A DNA stretch of 64,000 nucleotides, from positions 128,001 to 192,000 of the forward strand of contig CBFIDD010000002.1 in assembly GCA_965661285.1 (NCBI GenBank), written 5' to 3'. A model generated the notes under the pieces. The model was not told the DNA's origin. It searched no databases and worked only from the letters and a program-made list of their open reading frames with translations. Position 1 is the stretch's first letter. Each line of letters opens with the position of its first letter. Position numbers and translations under genes: made by a program. The stretch is from Poseidonia sp. GTDB lineage: Archaea > Thermoplasmatota > Poseidoniia > Poseidoniales > Poseidoniaceae. Positions 37,674 to 46,401 of the stretch are shown here, piece after piece.

Positions 37674-38873
37674 TCATGGAAGACCGTCTTCCCATGAAAG
37701 CGGACGAGCGAGATGTCGACGGGCATCCACGGGTGGCTCAACCCACCCGATAAACGGGGGTTCCACATGCACATCCTCCCAACGGTCCTCCGACCTTGTT
37801 TTACACGACGGACACCGAAGGCCTTGGCCCTTCCCCATGCTCTTCAAACGAACCTGACATGCACCGCAACGGGGCCGCTGGAAGGTTCGTGCTTCCCAAG
37901 ATTCCACCATAAGCCGTTCTGCATGAAGGGTGCCTTCGGGATGGTTGAGACCTGCCACGCAGATCAGATCCCCTGCGGACAGCCATCGAGCGAGGGCATT
38001 GACCGGACCACCCTCAGCGTAAGCGACAACGGTGGGCCCGTCGGTTCGCACATGTGCGTGTTTCCGACTTGGATGCGTTTCGACGGCGACCACCCGAAGA
38101 TGACGGGGCGGTGGCAGATGGTCACCGCTTGCTTGGTTCGTTTGGAACACCCTCCAAGCAACCACCGCCTCGGTATCCGGAGCTGCGACCAAGTGTCGAC
38201 AAGCATGTTCGGCAGCCTCAAACGATGTTGCTCGAACGCCGAAAAGGACTGGGGAACGGCCTCGAGGCGCCACCAAGCTGTTTCCGTTTCTCGGGTCTCG
38301 CGAAAACACCACGCCGTCTCGCCCATCGACTTCTTCCAGAGCGTTGATGTCAATTTCTCGGTGGCGCTCAGCCGCTTCCTGCGTGCGCCAGGCAATCGCT
38401 TCCCATGTTGAGGTCAACGCAGGCCATGCTGCGGCAGCAGCTGCACCGATTCGACCGTGAACGCCCCAATCCTTGTCCGGTGCTGGGATGTCTGAAACAT
38501 GGACTTCGCCTCGAACAGCTCTCCAGTAAAATTCCTCTTCAGGCTGATGGGTGTAGTACACCATGCCGGGACTGGTGGCCGATTGAGGCCTGTCCGAGAT
38601 ATGTGATGGAGAACGTGCGCCAGCGAGCGGTGCAATGTGGTTCTCCCACCAAGCCTCAAGGTGAGCCAAGAGAGCCCCTTCGTCCTCACAGTGCAGTTCA
38701 ACGGCAAGGGCTGCATTTCCTCGCGTTCGACGTTGAGCGAAGGGCCATAGACGAACCAGTCGAGGAACTCCTATTCGGACATCATCGGGGAGATGCTCAA
38801 GCAAGGCATGGAAGTTCGCTGTCGTGCAACCACCTCCCAAAGAATCCGTATCGTCAAGACCCAGCCATCCCAT
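37674..38873 (-). CDS. tiaS: tRNA(Ile2) 2-agmatinylcytidine synthetase
   Basis: GLDDTDS..GGCTT, RTRGN, PVLFGVR, TNQASGDH, OB fold and CxxC..MG..QG.RC Zn ribbon. Confidence 0.9.
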   Translation of the reverse strand: MGWLGLDDTDSLGGGCTTANFHALLEHLPDDVRIGVPRLVRLWPFAQRRTRGNAALAVELHCEDEGALLAHLEAWWENHIAPLAGARSPSHISDRPQSATSPGMVYYTHQPEEEFYWRAVRGEVHVSDIPAPDKDWGVHGRIGAAAAAAWPALTSTWEAIAWRTQEAAERHREIDINALEEVDGRDGVVFSRDPRNGNSLVAPRGRSPVLFGVRATSFEAAEHACRHLVAAPDTEAVVAWRVFQTNQASGDHLPPPRHLRVVAVETHPSRKHAHVRTDGPTVVAYAEGGPVNALARWLSAGDLICVAGLNHPEGTLHAERLMVESWEARTFQRPRCGACQVRLKSMGKGQGLRCPSCKTRSEDRWEDVHVEPPFIGWVEPPVDARRHLARPLSWEDGLP

Positions 38874-38881
38874 GCACTCAC

Positions 38882-39541
38882 CTACGGTTCGAACAAGTCC
38901 CCGGGGTCATCGTCGTCAAGTAAACGGTCGTGAATTTGACCAAGACCGAGCGTTTTTGCAACCCGAAAGAGCCTGGCTCCGTAGGCCCATCCAGCGCCCA
39001 TATCGGATGTGCGGTCGCCGACCATGAGGTCCATTGGGTGAGGAGCGAGACGTTTCGAGCCCCACCAGTCGACCTGTGGTTTCTCGACGGCGTACATGGC
39101 AGGCGTGAGGGACGCATCCAGCCCGGGTTGTTTGCGAAGCAGGTCATGACCAAGAAGCAACATCGCCGGTGAGGGTTTTCTGCAAGCACAACGGTCCTCC
39201 CATCGATGCGGACAGGTCAGAAACGCGTCAATGAGGGCGTCTTTATTCAATTCCAACAATCGTTCCTGCAAGGTTACGTGGAGTACTTCTAGTCGTTCGG
39301 GTCCCCACAAGCCTCTTGAGATGGGCGACTGATTCGTCACGACGCAGATGAGGTAGCCTCGCTGGCGCAGCGCGGCAATACTGTTCGCTGCGCCGTCCAA
39401 AACGACGACCTCTTTGGGGAGATTGACGTAGCCCGCTTTTCCAAGATTCAACACGCCGTCCCGGTCTAGAAAGGCAACCGGCGAGGTTGTCCGAGTTTCG
39501 AACGGCACGTGCGGTGCTGTTTGCACATAGGGGCCGTCCAT
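38882..39541 (-). CDS. HAD-IIIA phosphatase (GmhB/HisB-like)
   Basis: FLDRDGV, VTNQS, CPH....CACRKP and VGDRTSD. Confidence 0.88.
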   Translation of the reverse strand: MDGPYVQTAPHVPFETRTTSPVAFLDRDGVLNLGKAGYVNLPKEVVVLDGAANSIAALRQRGYLICVVTNQSPISRGLWGPERLEVLHVTLQERLLELNKDALIDAFLTCPHRWEDRCACRKPSPAMLLLGHDLLRKQPGLDASLTPAMYAVEKPQVDWWGSKRLAPHPMDLMVGDRTSDMGAGWAYGARLFRVAKTLGLGQIHDRLLDDDDPGDLFEP

Positions 39542-39597
39542 GCGACGGGCTTTGGTTGGCGACTCATGGCCTTTGTTCTCGTTTGGAGACCTTCATA

Positions 39598-40527
39598 GTG
39601 CATCGCCTTCTCGCTCGTGATGTGCTCATCGAACGAGAAGCAGCCACCTTCATCGGTGCCCTCGGCATGGTGTTGCTCGGCGCTTCATGGTGGTGGCGAG
39701 GACGTTCACCTGTCCCGGTGGCCCAGGCAGGGTGGCTGCTGGTTGGTTTCTACTTCTTTTCCCAAGCGTGGACCTATCACGCCCACGACGACCCGATACT
39801 GACGGCCATGTCGGCCTTGACATTACCGCTGAGTGCCCTCGCTGCCTGGTGGGAGCAAACCGCTACGGACCAACGAAAGGATGCCATCGTTTGGGCGAGG
39901 GGGACCGTTGCGTTTGCGGGTGGACCTTACCTGCTCATCTCCTATGTCCCCTACTTGAGCGTCCTCGCGATTTGGTTTGTCGCCTCACAGTCTGCATGGT
40001 TCCTCGGATTTGCCACGGGACAAAACATCGAGATCGGAACCACGTGGGTCAACGACAGCGCCGGCAGAGTCTCATGGGAAGAATGGGACGGCAACCGCTG
40101 GTTTGCAACCGACTTTAGCGGAGAATATGCCTTCCAATCAGAGCTGCTTCTTGCAGACGGCACCATGATTGGGATTAATTTCGTGCTGGCCTGCACCGCC
40201 ATCCAATCCATGGTGCTGTTCATCGGCGCCATTTCCGTCCTTGACATGTCATGGAAGAAGCGCGTTCGTGCCTTGTTGCTCGTGATACCAACGATCCACG
40301 TCCTGAACTTGTTCCGAAATGCCGGACTGATTTGGATGCACATGACCTATACCCAATGGGATCTTTGGGGGATGAGCGTGTTTGAATTTGGGCACAGTTA
40401 TATCGCCCGTTTCGTGAGCCTCTTTGCCATGTTCCTTCTGGCGCTTATCATGTTTGAAATGCTGCCAACCATGCATCGCAACATCATGGCCCTGACCGGT
40501 TCAAACCAACGCACTGCACGGAAATAA
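39598..40527 (+). CDS. Archaeosortase (exosortase family)
   Basis: Multi-TM protein with Cys (LACTAIQS), Arg (NLFRN) and His (FEFGH). Start uncertain. Confidence 0.8.
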   Translation: MHRLLARDVLIEREAATFIGALGMVLLGASWWWRGRSPVPVAQAGWLLVGFYFFSQAWTYHAHDDPILTAMSALTLPLSALAAWWEQTATDQRKDAIVWARGTVAFAGGPYLLISYVPYLSVLAIWFVASQSAWFLGFATGQNIEIGTTWVNDSAGRVSWEEWDGNRWFATDFSGEYAFQSELLLADGTMIGINFVLACTAIQSMVLFIGAISVLDMSWKKRVRALLLVIPTIHVLNLFRNAGLIWMHMTYTQWDLWGMSVFEFGHSYIARFVSLFAMFLLALIMFEMLPTMHRNIMALTGSNQRTARK

Positions 40528-40529
40528 CG

Positions 40530-40601
40530 TGCAGGCGCCGGGAGTTGAACCCGGGTAGAGAGGTTGGGAACCTCCCATCATAACCACTAGATCACGCCTG
40601 C
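40530..40601 (-). tRNA. tRNA-Gly(CCC)
   Basis: Cloverleaf: GCAGGCG/CGCCTGC acceptor, anticodon arm GGAGG-TTCCCAA-CCTCT, T arm CCGGG-TTCAACT-CCCGG. CCA not encoded. Confidence 0.95.
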
Positions 40602-40679
40602 TCGCACGCCGTGGAGCGTAATTCCATTCAAGAGGGCTGTGGTTGGAAACCATGATGGTGGTCGTAAGGATGGCCGACC

Positions 40680-41768
40680 ATGCATCCCGCATTGAAACCG
40701 TTTGTGTTTCAGCGCGGAGAGCTCAGGGCCCGCAACAGAACCGTGTTGGCAGCCATGACCAACAAACAAAGTCACGACGACGGCCGGCTTTCGGTGGACG
40801 AAATCGAGTGGCTCGCTGCGCGTAGTGCCGGTGGTTTTGGCATCATCACCACGGCAGCCACCCATGTTGAGGAGGACGGGAAAGGCTGGGAAGGGGAGTT
40901 TGGCACATGGTCGGATGACCATCTCGAAGGCCTTGAAGAGATGGCGAGCAGCATCAATCGACATGGCGGGCTAAGTCTCGCTCAACTGTTTCATGGCGGC
41001 ATGCGAGCCCCCGAACGTCTGACGGGCCTTCAACCAAAATCAGCCTCCGAAAACGACCTCGGTCGTGGGCTTGGGAGCAGTCGGTCGATGACGCACCACG
41101 AAATCGAGGCAACGATCCGGGCGTTTGGGCAGGCAGCACATCGATGCGAAATGGCCGGGTTCCACGGTGTTGAACTTCATGGAGCACACGGGTATCTGAT
41201 CGCTCAATTCCTCGGCTCTTCCACCAATCGACGAACCGATGAATGGGGTGGAAACCAAGCGAAGCGGACGTCCTTTCTTGAAAAAATTGTCAAGGAAGTG
41301 CGTCGCACGACCGGCCCGGATTTTCTTGTCGGCGTACGTCTCTCTCCGGTGCTGAGTTCGTGCGGCTTGACCCTCGTAGATGCCCTTGAAACCCTGCAAC
41401 TTTGCAACCGTATGGAACTCGATTTTGTCCATGTTTCCTGTTGGGATATCACCGAGACTGGTGTCTACAACGGCAAAACGTTGCCATACACCTCGCACTT
41501 CAGAGATGTACTCGATACCAAAACACCGCTCATCACCACCGGTGGCGTGTGGAATGCGGATGAGGCTCAAGGTGCCCTTAAACAGGGTGCGGCGTTGGTT
41601 GGTGTGGCACGAGCCGGCATCGCACACCCGGACTGGCCGATGTACTTGGATGAACACAACGGAGAACCTGCTCGCCCGCCGTTTGACGAGGAGACATTGC
41701 GCAAGGCGAAATTGAATCCGACCTTCATCAACTACATGCGTCGATGGGACGGTTTTGTCTCCGATTGA
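40680..41768 (+). CDS. NADH:flavin oxidoreductase (Old Yellow Enzyme family)
   Basis: LAAMT, QLFHGG, ELHGAHGYL and NRRTDEWGG. Confidence 0.9.
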   Translation: MHPALKPFVFQRGELRARNRTVLAAMTNKQSHDDGRLSVDEIEWLAARSAGGFGIITTAATHVEEDGKGWEGEFGTWSDDHLEGLEEMASSINRHGGLSLAQLFHGGMRAPERLTGLQPKSASENDLGRGLGSSRSMTHHEIEATIRAFGQAAHRCEMAGFHGVELHGAHGYLIAQFLGSSTNRRTDEWGGNQAKRTSFLEKIVKEVRRTTGPDFLVGVRLSPVLSSCGLTLVDALETLQLCNRMELDFVHVSCWDITETGVYNGKTLPYTSHFRDVLDTKTPLITTGGVWNADEAQGALKQGAALVGVARAGIAHPDWPMYLDEHNGEPARPPFDEETLRKAKLNPTFINYMRRWDGFVSD

Positions 41769-41769
41769 G

Positions 41770-41841
41770 CGCCCCTGCCGCGATTCGAACGCGGGTTCCT
41801 GGCTCCGGAGGCCGGGGTGATATCCACTACACTACAGGGGC
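41770..41841 (-). tRNA. tRNA-Arg(CCG)
   Basis: Cloverleaf: GCCCCTG/CAGGGGC acceptor, anticodon loop CTCCGGA, T arm CCGCG-TTCGAAT-CGCGG. Confidence 0.93.
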
Positions 41842-41882
41842 GTTTTCTCCCCAGACTCTCACCCGTATCAGGTCTTCTCCCC

Positions 41883-44800
41883 TCAAGGCTTGGGCTCCCA
41901 AGGCAGGTCAGGCGATGCCCTCACCCACACCGAACCGCTGCCGGTAGGGTATTCCACCGTTTCAATCCCGTCCAGCATCATGCCCATCAAATCGTGATGA
42001 GGTGCGTCTTGAGTGGAGAGGTCGCTCAGAAGAGAGGAGGCTGCCTCATCCTGTTGCAGAATTGGGGCATCCGATACGGTGGGATTGGCCGCTGCCGTGG
42101 TGGCGGCATCGAAATCGAGTGGTTGCTTTGCGTAGGGAGGCGGCGAAGCTTCACCAAACATGGCCTCGTTCAGTTGGTTTTCATCGGACCAAACCTCGGT
42201 GTCTGTTCCTTGACTTCTGTTGCTCCTCAGGAACCCGAGCAGCAGGCCCGCCAAGACCAAGAAAAGAGCCCCGGCAGAGGCATAGATGATGTCATTGGAG
42301 ACGCTGGCCACGATGTCAGCGTTATCGCCAACACCATCACCGTCGGTGTCTTTTGTCTCCGTTGGGTCTTCTGGGAACGCATCATCTGCATCGGGCACAC
42401 CATCACCGTCACCGTCAAATGCGTCGTACGTGGTCTCACACACCACGATGAGCAACGAAAGTTCGTCGCGGTCAATCCGATCATCCTCGTTGATGTTGAT
42501 GAGATCGAAGTCGTAGTCGTTCACCCATGGATGGGACTGCAACGCAGCGAGGGATACACTGTCGCGTCCGTTCGAAAATTCGTCAAACACATACTCGAGT
42601 TCCGCGTCGCACGTGCATGAGAATTGCAGTGCTTCTCTGTACTCAACGAGGTTGTCCATGTTGACGTCCACGCTTTTCAGGTCATCTGTGGAAAAGCCCG
42701 CCAGTTTAATCTCTCGCTCATCGAGGATTCCGTCGTTGTTTTGGTCTGCATCCTCGAAATGTGAGGTCGTTTCCTCAACACAGGTTGGCACGCTGTCGGG
42801 CTCCTCATCACCACCGGGCTCAACGGGGTCAACGGGGAGTTCGGTTTCGTCCCAACGAGCGACCAAGGTAATTTCCTCTGCATCAGACAGTCCCGTCATC
42901 GTGATGTCAACGCGACCGTTCATTGGGAATTCAACGGTCACCTGATGGTTGGTCCCTTCCTTTCCGCTCGTGATATCAAACGGCGAAGTGGAGACGTCCA
43001 TGCCAAAGCCCGGACCTGGGCGCCCTCCGCCGTCAGTGAATTCAAGCTCATAGGCAACCCCCTCAACGGTGAGCGTGATGTCGCCCGAGCCACCGTAGGC
43101 TTCGAGCGTAAACACATTTCCGGGCGCATCAAGCATGGCGAAGAAGAAAACCTCCGCTCCTTTGGCGACGCTGATACCCTCGAGAGGCTCGTCGTGGAAC
43201 AGTTCAAGGGGCGTTCCGTCGTAGTCCCAGACGTACCTGTCCGTAAATTCGGCGACAATGTTGACGCCCGTAAAGGCTGATTCGGAGGTGAGAAGAATGT
43301 ACCACCAACCCGGCGTGGGGTCGTTGAAGGCGATGCGGTCGTCGGCACCATCAACGGTCGAGTGGTGGTCGTAGGTTGATGTTGTCGGGGCTTGGTCCAA
43401 ACGCATGTAGAGCGCAGCCTCACCTGCGCCATCGGTTAAGTCCACCACCAATCGCTCGGTGCCTTGGGGTACATCGACCTTGAAGTACTGCATCAGGCCA
43501 TCATACCCGCTCAGGAGGCCGTATTCAACACCCGGCGTGAGCGTGATGGCATCTTCAGGGTCAACGTTTTCTGGCGGGTAGACAAAGTCGGCAACGATGG
43601 TAAATTCCCGGGCGTTGCGGAAGGAATACGCCGTGATGTAATACAGTCCCGGCTCGACGTCGAACAGGTGAACTTCCTCTTCGTTGCCGGGTCCCGTTGA
43701 CCATGATTCCATGGTGGTTTCTTCGTTGCTCTTCTCGCCTGTGTCCTCATCAAACCCAATCGGTTCATCCCACCACAGCGTCGGCTCGGGCGGGCTGTAG
43801 TAGGATATACCAATGTCCACATTACCCTGGCCATCGTAGGTGCGGACACGAAGGTCGGCAAGCGGTTCGGTAACGTTCACGTAATAGAAATTCATGTTCA
43901 CATCACCGTTGTTGTACGAATCCCACGTCACATCCTGGTTGGTCACTGGAATGCTTTCTTTCAACTCGGTCATGTCGTCGAGTGTGGGGGGTGGGTCAGC
44001 GATATCGGCCGTCAGTTCGATGTACAATTCATCAACATCGGTCTCAAGAATCATGGTGAACCACATGACACCTTCTGCGGGCCACGACCACGTTTCGTAC
44101 ACAAAGCCCCACTCTCCGAACGAAGCCGTATCGTGGTTCCACTCGTCGGGGATCTCATTGGATTGTGCGTAGACCGTGTACTCGGTCATCTCTTCAAAAT
44201 CACCAAATTTGAGCGAATAGGAGGTCCAGTACAACTCCCGAGTGTATTCTCCAATTTCCACGAAGAAGAGTAAGGTGTCGCCTGCTGCTGCGGACTCGAC
44301 ATCATAGCCCTCACCGATGAAAAGTTCCACCGCTTGAGCCACGATACTGCCGTCTGGCATGACCCAGTCGGCGCCTTCGATGCTGGCCATGTACTCCTCC
44401 GCAGCATCCCATGTCTCACCGCCTTCTCCTTCGGGGAAATCCAGATGCAATCGCAACTCCATGGTGGTAGAGGAAGCGCCTGCTCTCACGGTGATGTTGT
44501 CGAGCACACCCTCGAAGTGGGAGCAATCGCAACCAGCACCCATCCGTGCGAGGTACAACTCATCGCATTCAAGGCCGGCTTCAAAGCAATCGTTTGAACC
44601 AAAATCACCCAGGGGGATGGAGGCGTCCTCGTCTGCAATGACGCCCGCTTCTTCGCCGTTGATGTGGAACGTGTATCCTTCGCCAACCACGACGTTCACT
44701 TGCACGTGAGACCACGTATCGGCTTCAACCGTTCCGTTTGAGATCGGATGGCGAGAGAGGCTGTATTCTGAAGAAAACGCCAGATGATCGCCCTGAAGGT

Positions 44801-45491
44801 ACATGCCCCAACCGTAGTCGCCCTTCATGAGGATGAACTGATTTGACTCGACATGGTAGGGGTGAACCCATGCTGATAGTTCGAGATGGGTGATGTTGGT
44901 CATGTCCAAATCGTCGTTGTGGTCGAGCACAACATGGTCGTAAGCACCGTCAAACCGCAGAGCATAATCGGCTCCCGGTCCGATTTCTACCACGCCGTAC
45001 ACCGGGAAGTACTGAGGGTCGTTTTCCAAATCGTTCCATGTGCCGGGGTCAATGTTGCCCATGTTGGTGCTGGCGATGTGGACAAAGTGTTCGTCTCCGC
45101 CTTCTGACGGTTGTGCTTCACCCCAGTTTCTGTACAAAAACGGCGTTCCGTCATGCCATCGATAGGCACCCTCGTTGGTTGCATCCGATAATCCGGTCCA
45201 CAGGTGTCGGGATTGATTGTCCCACGAAGCAAAGGTATCGAAGAGCCAGGTGTTTTCCTGTTCGTCGTCAACAGTCACCAAAAAGCCGTTCAACGAACGG
45301 GCATACGACGCCGCATCTTCCCATGACGATGCAGTCAAGAGGTGGTAGGTGTTGTTGTTGGCGGGATTGATAGCGGTGTGCAAGACGGTCATGCCTTCCT
45401 CGTCTGCTGGGTCTTCCGCAGCAACGGGCGCAGCGAGCGGTGAGGCAAGACTCAAGAGAAACAAGCCAACGAGCCAAAGGGCGTTCTTCAT
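41883..45491 (-). CDS. Large acidic membrane-anchored surface protein (C-type lectin, LamG, PPC repeats, EF-hand-like, TSP3-like, TM, cytoplasmic tail)
   Basis: Signal peptide; WTGL..EG.YRW.DG..NW..WND (CTLD); LSAWV/WSHV (LamG); PGLYYI and PGWWYI (PPC); DQNNDGILD; DGDGVPD..DAFP; one TM. Confidence 0.85.
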   Translation of the reverse strand: MKNALWLVGLFLLSLASPLAAPVAAEDPADEEGMTVLHTAINPANNNTYHLLTASSWEDAASYARSLNGFLVTVDDEQENTWLFDTFASWDNQSRHLWTGLSDATNEGAYRWHDGTPFLYRNWGEAQPSEGGDEHFVHIASTNMGNIDPGTWNDLENDPQYFPVYGVVEIGPGADYALRFDGAYDHVVLDHNDDLDMTNITHLELSAWVHPYHVESNQFILMKGDYGWGMYLQGDHLAFSSEYSLSRHPISNGTVEADTWSHVQVNVVVGEGYTFHINGEEAGVIADEDASIPLGDFGSNDCFEAGLECDELYLARMGAGCDCSHFEGVLDNITVRAGASSTTMELRLHLDFPEGEGGETWDAAEEYMASIEGADWVMPDGSIVAQAVELFIGEGYDVESAAAGDTLLFFVEIGEYTRELYWTSYSLKFGDFEEMTEYTVYAQSNEIPDEWNHDTASFGEWGFVYETWSWPAEGVMWFTMILETDVDELYIELTADIADPPPTLDDMTELKESIPVTNQDVTWDSYNNGDVNMNFYYVNVTEPLADLRVRTYDGQGNVDIGISYYSPPEPTLWWDEPIGFDEDTGEKSNEETTMESWSTGPGNEEEVHLFDVEPGLYYITAYSFRNAREFTIVADFVYPPENVDPEDAITLTPGVEYGLLSGYDGLMQYFKVDVPQGTERLVVDLTDGAGEAALYMRLDQAPTTSTYDHHSTVDGADDRIAFNDPTPGWWYILLTSESAFTGVNIVAEFTDRYVWDYDGTPLELFHDEPLEGISVAKGAEVFFFAMLDAPGNVFTLEAYGGSGDITLTVEGVAYELEFTDGGGRPGPGFGMDVSTSPFDITSGKEGTNHQVTVEFPMNGRVDITMTGLSDAEEITLVARWDETELPVDPVEPGGDEEPDSVPTCVEETTSHFEDADQNNDGILDEREIKLAGFSTDDLKSVDVNMDNLVEYREALQFSCTCDAELEYVFDEFSNGRDSVSLAALQSHPWVNDYDFDLININEDDRIDRDELSLLIVVCETTYDAFDGDGDGVPDADDAFPEDPTETKDTDGDGVGDNADIVASVSNDIIYASAGALFLVLAGLLLGFLRSNRSQGTDTEVWSDENQLNEAMFGEASPPPYAKQPLDFDAATTAAANPTVSDAPILQQDEAASSLLSDLSTQDAPHHDLMGMMLDGIETVEYPTGSGSVWVRASPDLPWEPKP

Positions 45492-45625
45492 GGTAGGCAC
45501 TCGTGCGAGATTGTATTTGAATCAAATGGTAAAACGATCGGACAGACCTCCCACAGGATTTGCTGCTTTTACTGCATCGTGGGATCGTTCAAGATTTCAA
45601 ATACTGGACCATACGGCCTGCCTCC

Positions 45626-46096
45626 ATGCACGACGAAGTTATGCTACGAATTGAGGGCCTTCTCAAGGGCGAAGACGACTGGGTGGCTGCGATGGCCACC
45701 GTGGTGTGCGAACTCCATCACGGCTTTGACCACTTTCACTGGACCGGTTTCTACAGAACGACACAACCGGGTCTTCTGAAAATTGGCCCCTACCAAGGCG
45801 GGCATGGGTGTCTGGAAATACCGTTTGACAAGGGCATCTGCGGGGCAGCGGCACGAACAGGTGAAACACAAGATGTACCGGACGTTCATGCTCGACCCGA
45901 TCACATTGCCTGCAGTTCATCCACCAACAGCGAAGTCGTGGTTCCCGTCAAAGACGTTTCCGGGGCGGTTGTGGCTGTCCTTGACGTTGATTCGGACACC
46001 CCTACAGCGTTCTCAGCTGAAGACGTTGCTTTCCTCGAAGGGGTCTGCAAAATGCTCGGCCAACGATTCCACAACGAGTCCAAGTCACAAAACTAG
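45626..46096 (+). CDS. GAF-domain free methionine-R-sulfoxide reductase-like
   Basis: WTGFY, GPYQG..GC, GICG, HIACS and VLDVDS. Confidence 0.85.
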   Translation: MHDEVMLRIEGLLKGEDDWVAAMATVVCELHHGFDHFHWTGFYRTTQPGLLKIGPYQGGHGCLEIPFDKGICGAAARTGETQDVPDVHARPDHIACSSSTNSEVVVPVKDVSGAVVAVLDVDSDTPTAFSAEDVAFLEGVCKMLGQRFHNESKSQN

Positions 46097-46350
46097 CTTC
46101 TCTTATCCTGAGATGCCTCCAATCGCTCAATGTATGCCATCTGTTCTCTTTGAACCGCCCGCGCATCTCTAGCCTCCTTCTCCTTGAGATAGGCCTGGTG
46201 TTCATCTTTGAGGTAGAGAGCAATGACTGCGAAACCACCAATGCAACAAAAACCCCCCAATATCCGTGAAAAGAAATCCCCCCCCATGAGCATGAGAGCA
46301 CCAATCGTTATCATAATGGAGGCTGAATACATTTCTATGCTGTTTTTCAC
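46093..46350 (-). CDS. Small 2-TM hypothetical protein
   Basis: Two hydrophobic helices and a charged tail. Confidence 0.5.
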   Translation of the reverse strand: MKNSIEMYSASIMITIGALMLMGGDFFSRILGGFCCIGGFAVIALYLKDEHQAYLKEKEARDARAVQREQMAYIERLEASQDKRS

Positions 46351-46401
46351 GGTAGAGCCTTGACGAAACTCAGTGAAATAGTTTGTCCCAACAGGGATGA
46401 T

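Noticed and set aside
42300-42760. Repeated Asp-rich segments as DNA repeats or CRISPR
   Set aside because: These are protein-level Ca-binding repeats within a CDS, with no identical spaced nucleotide repeats.
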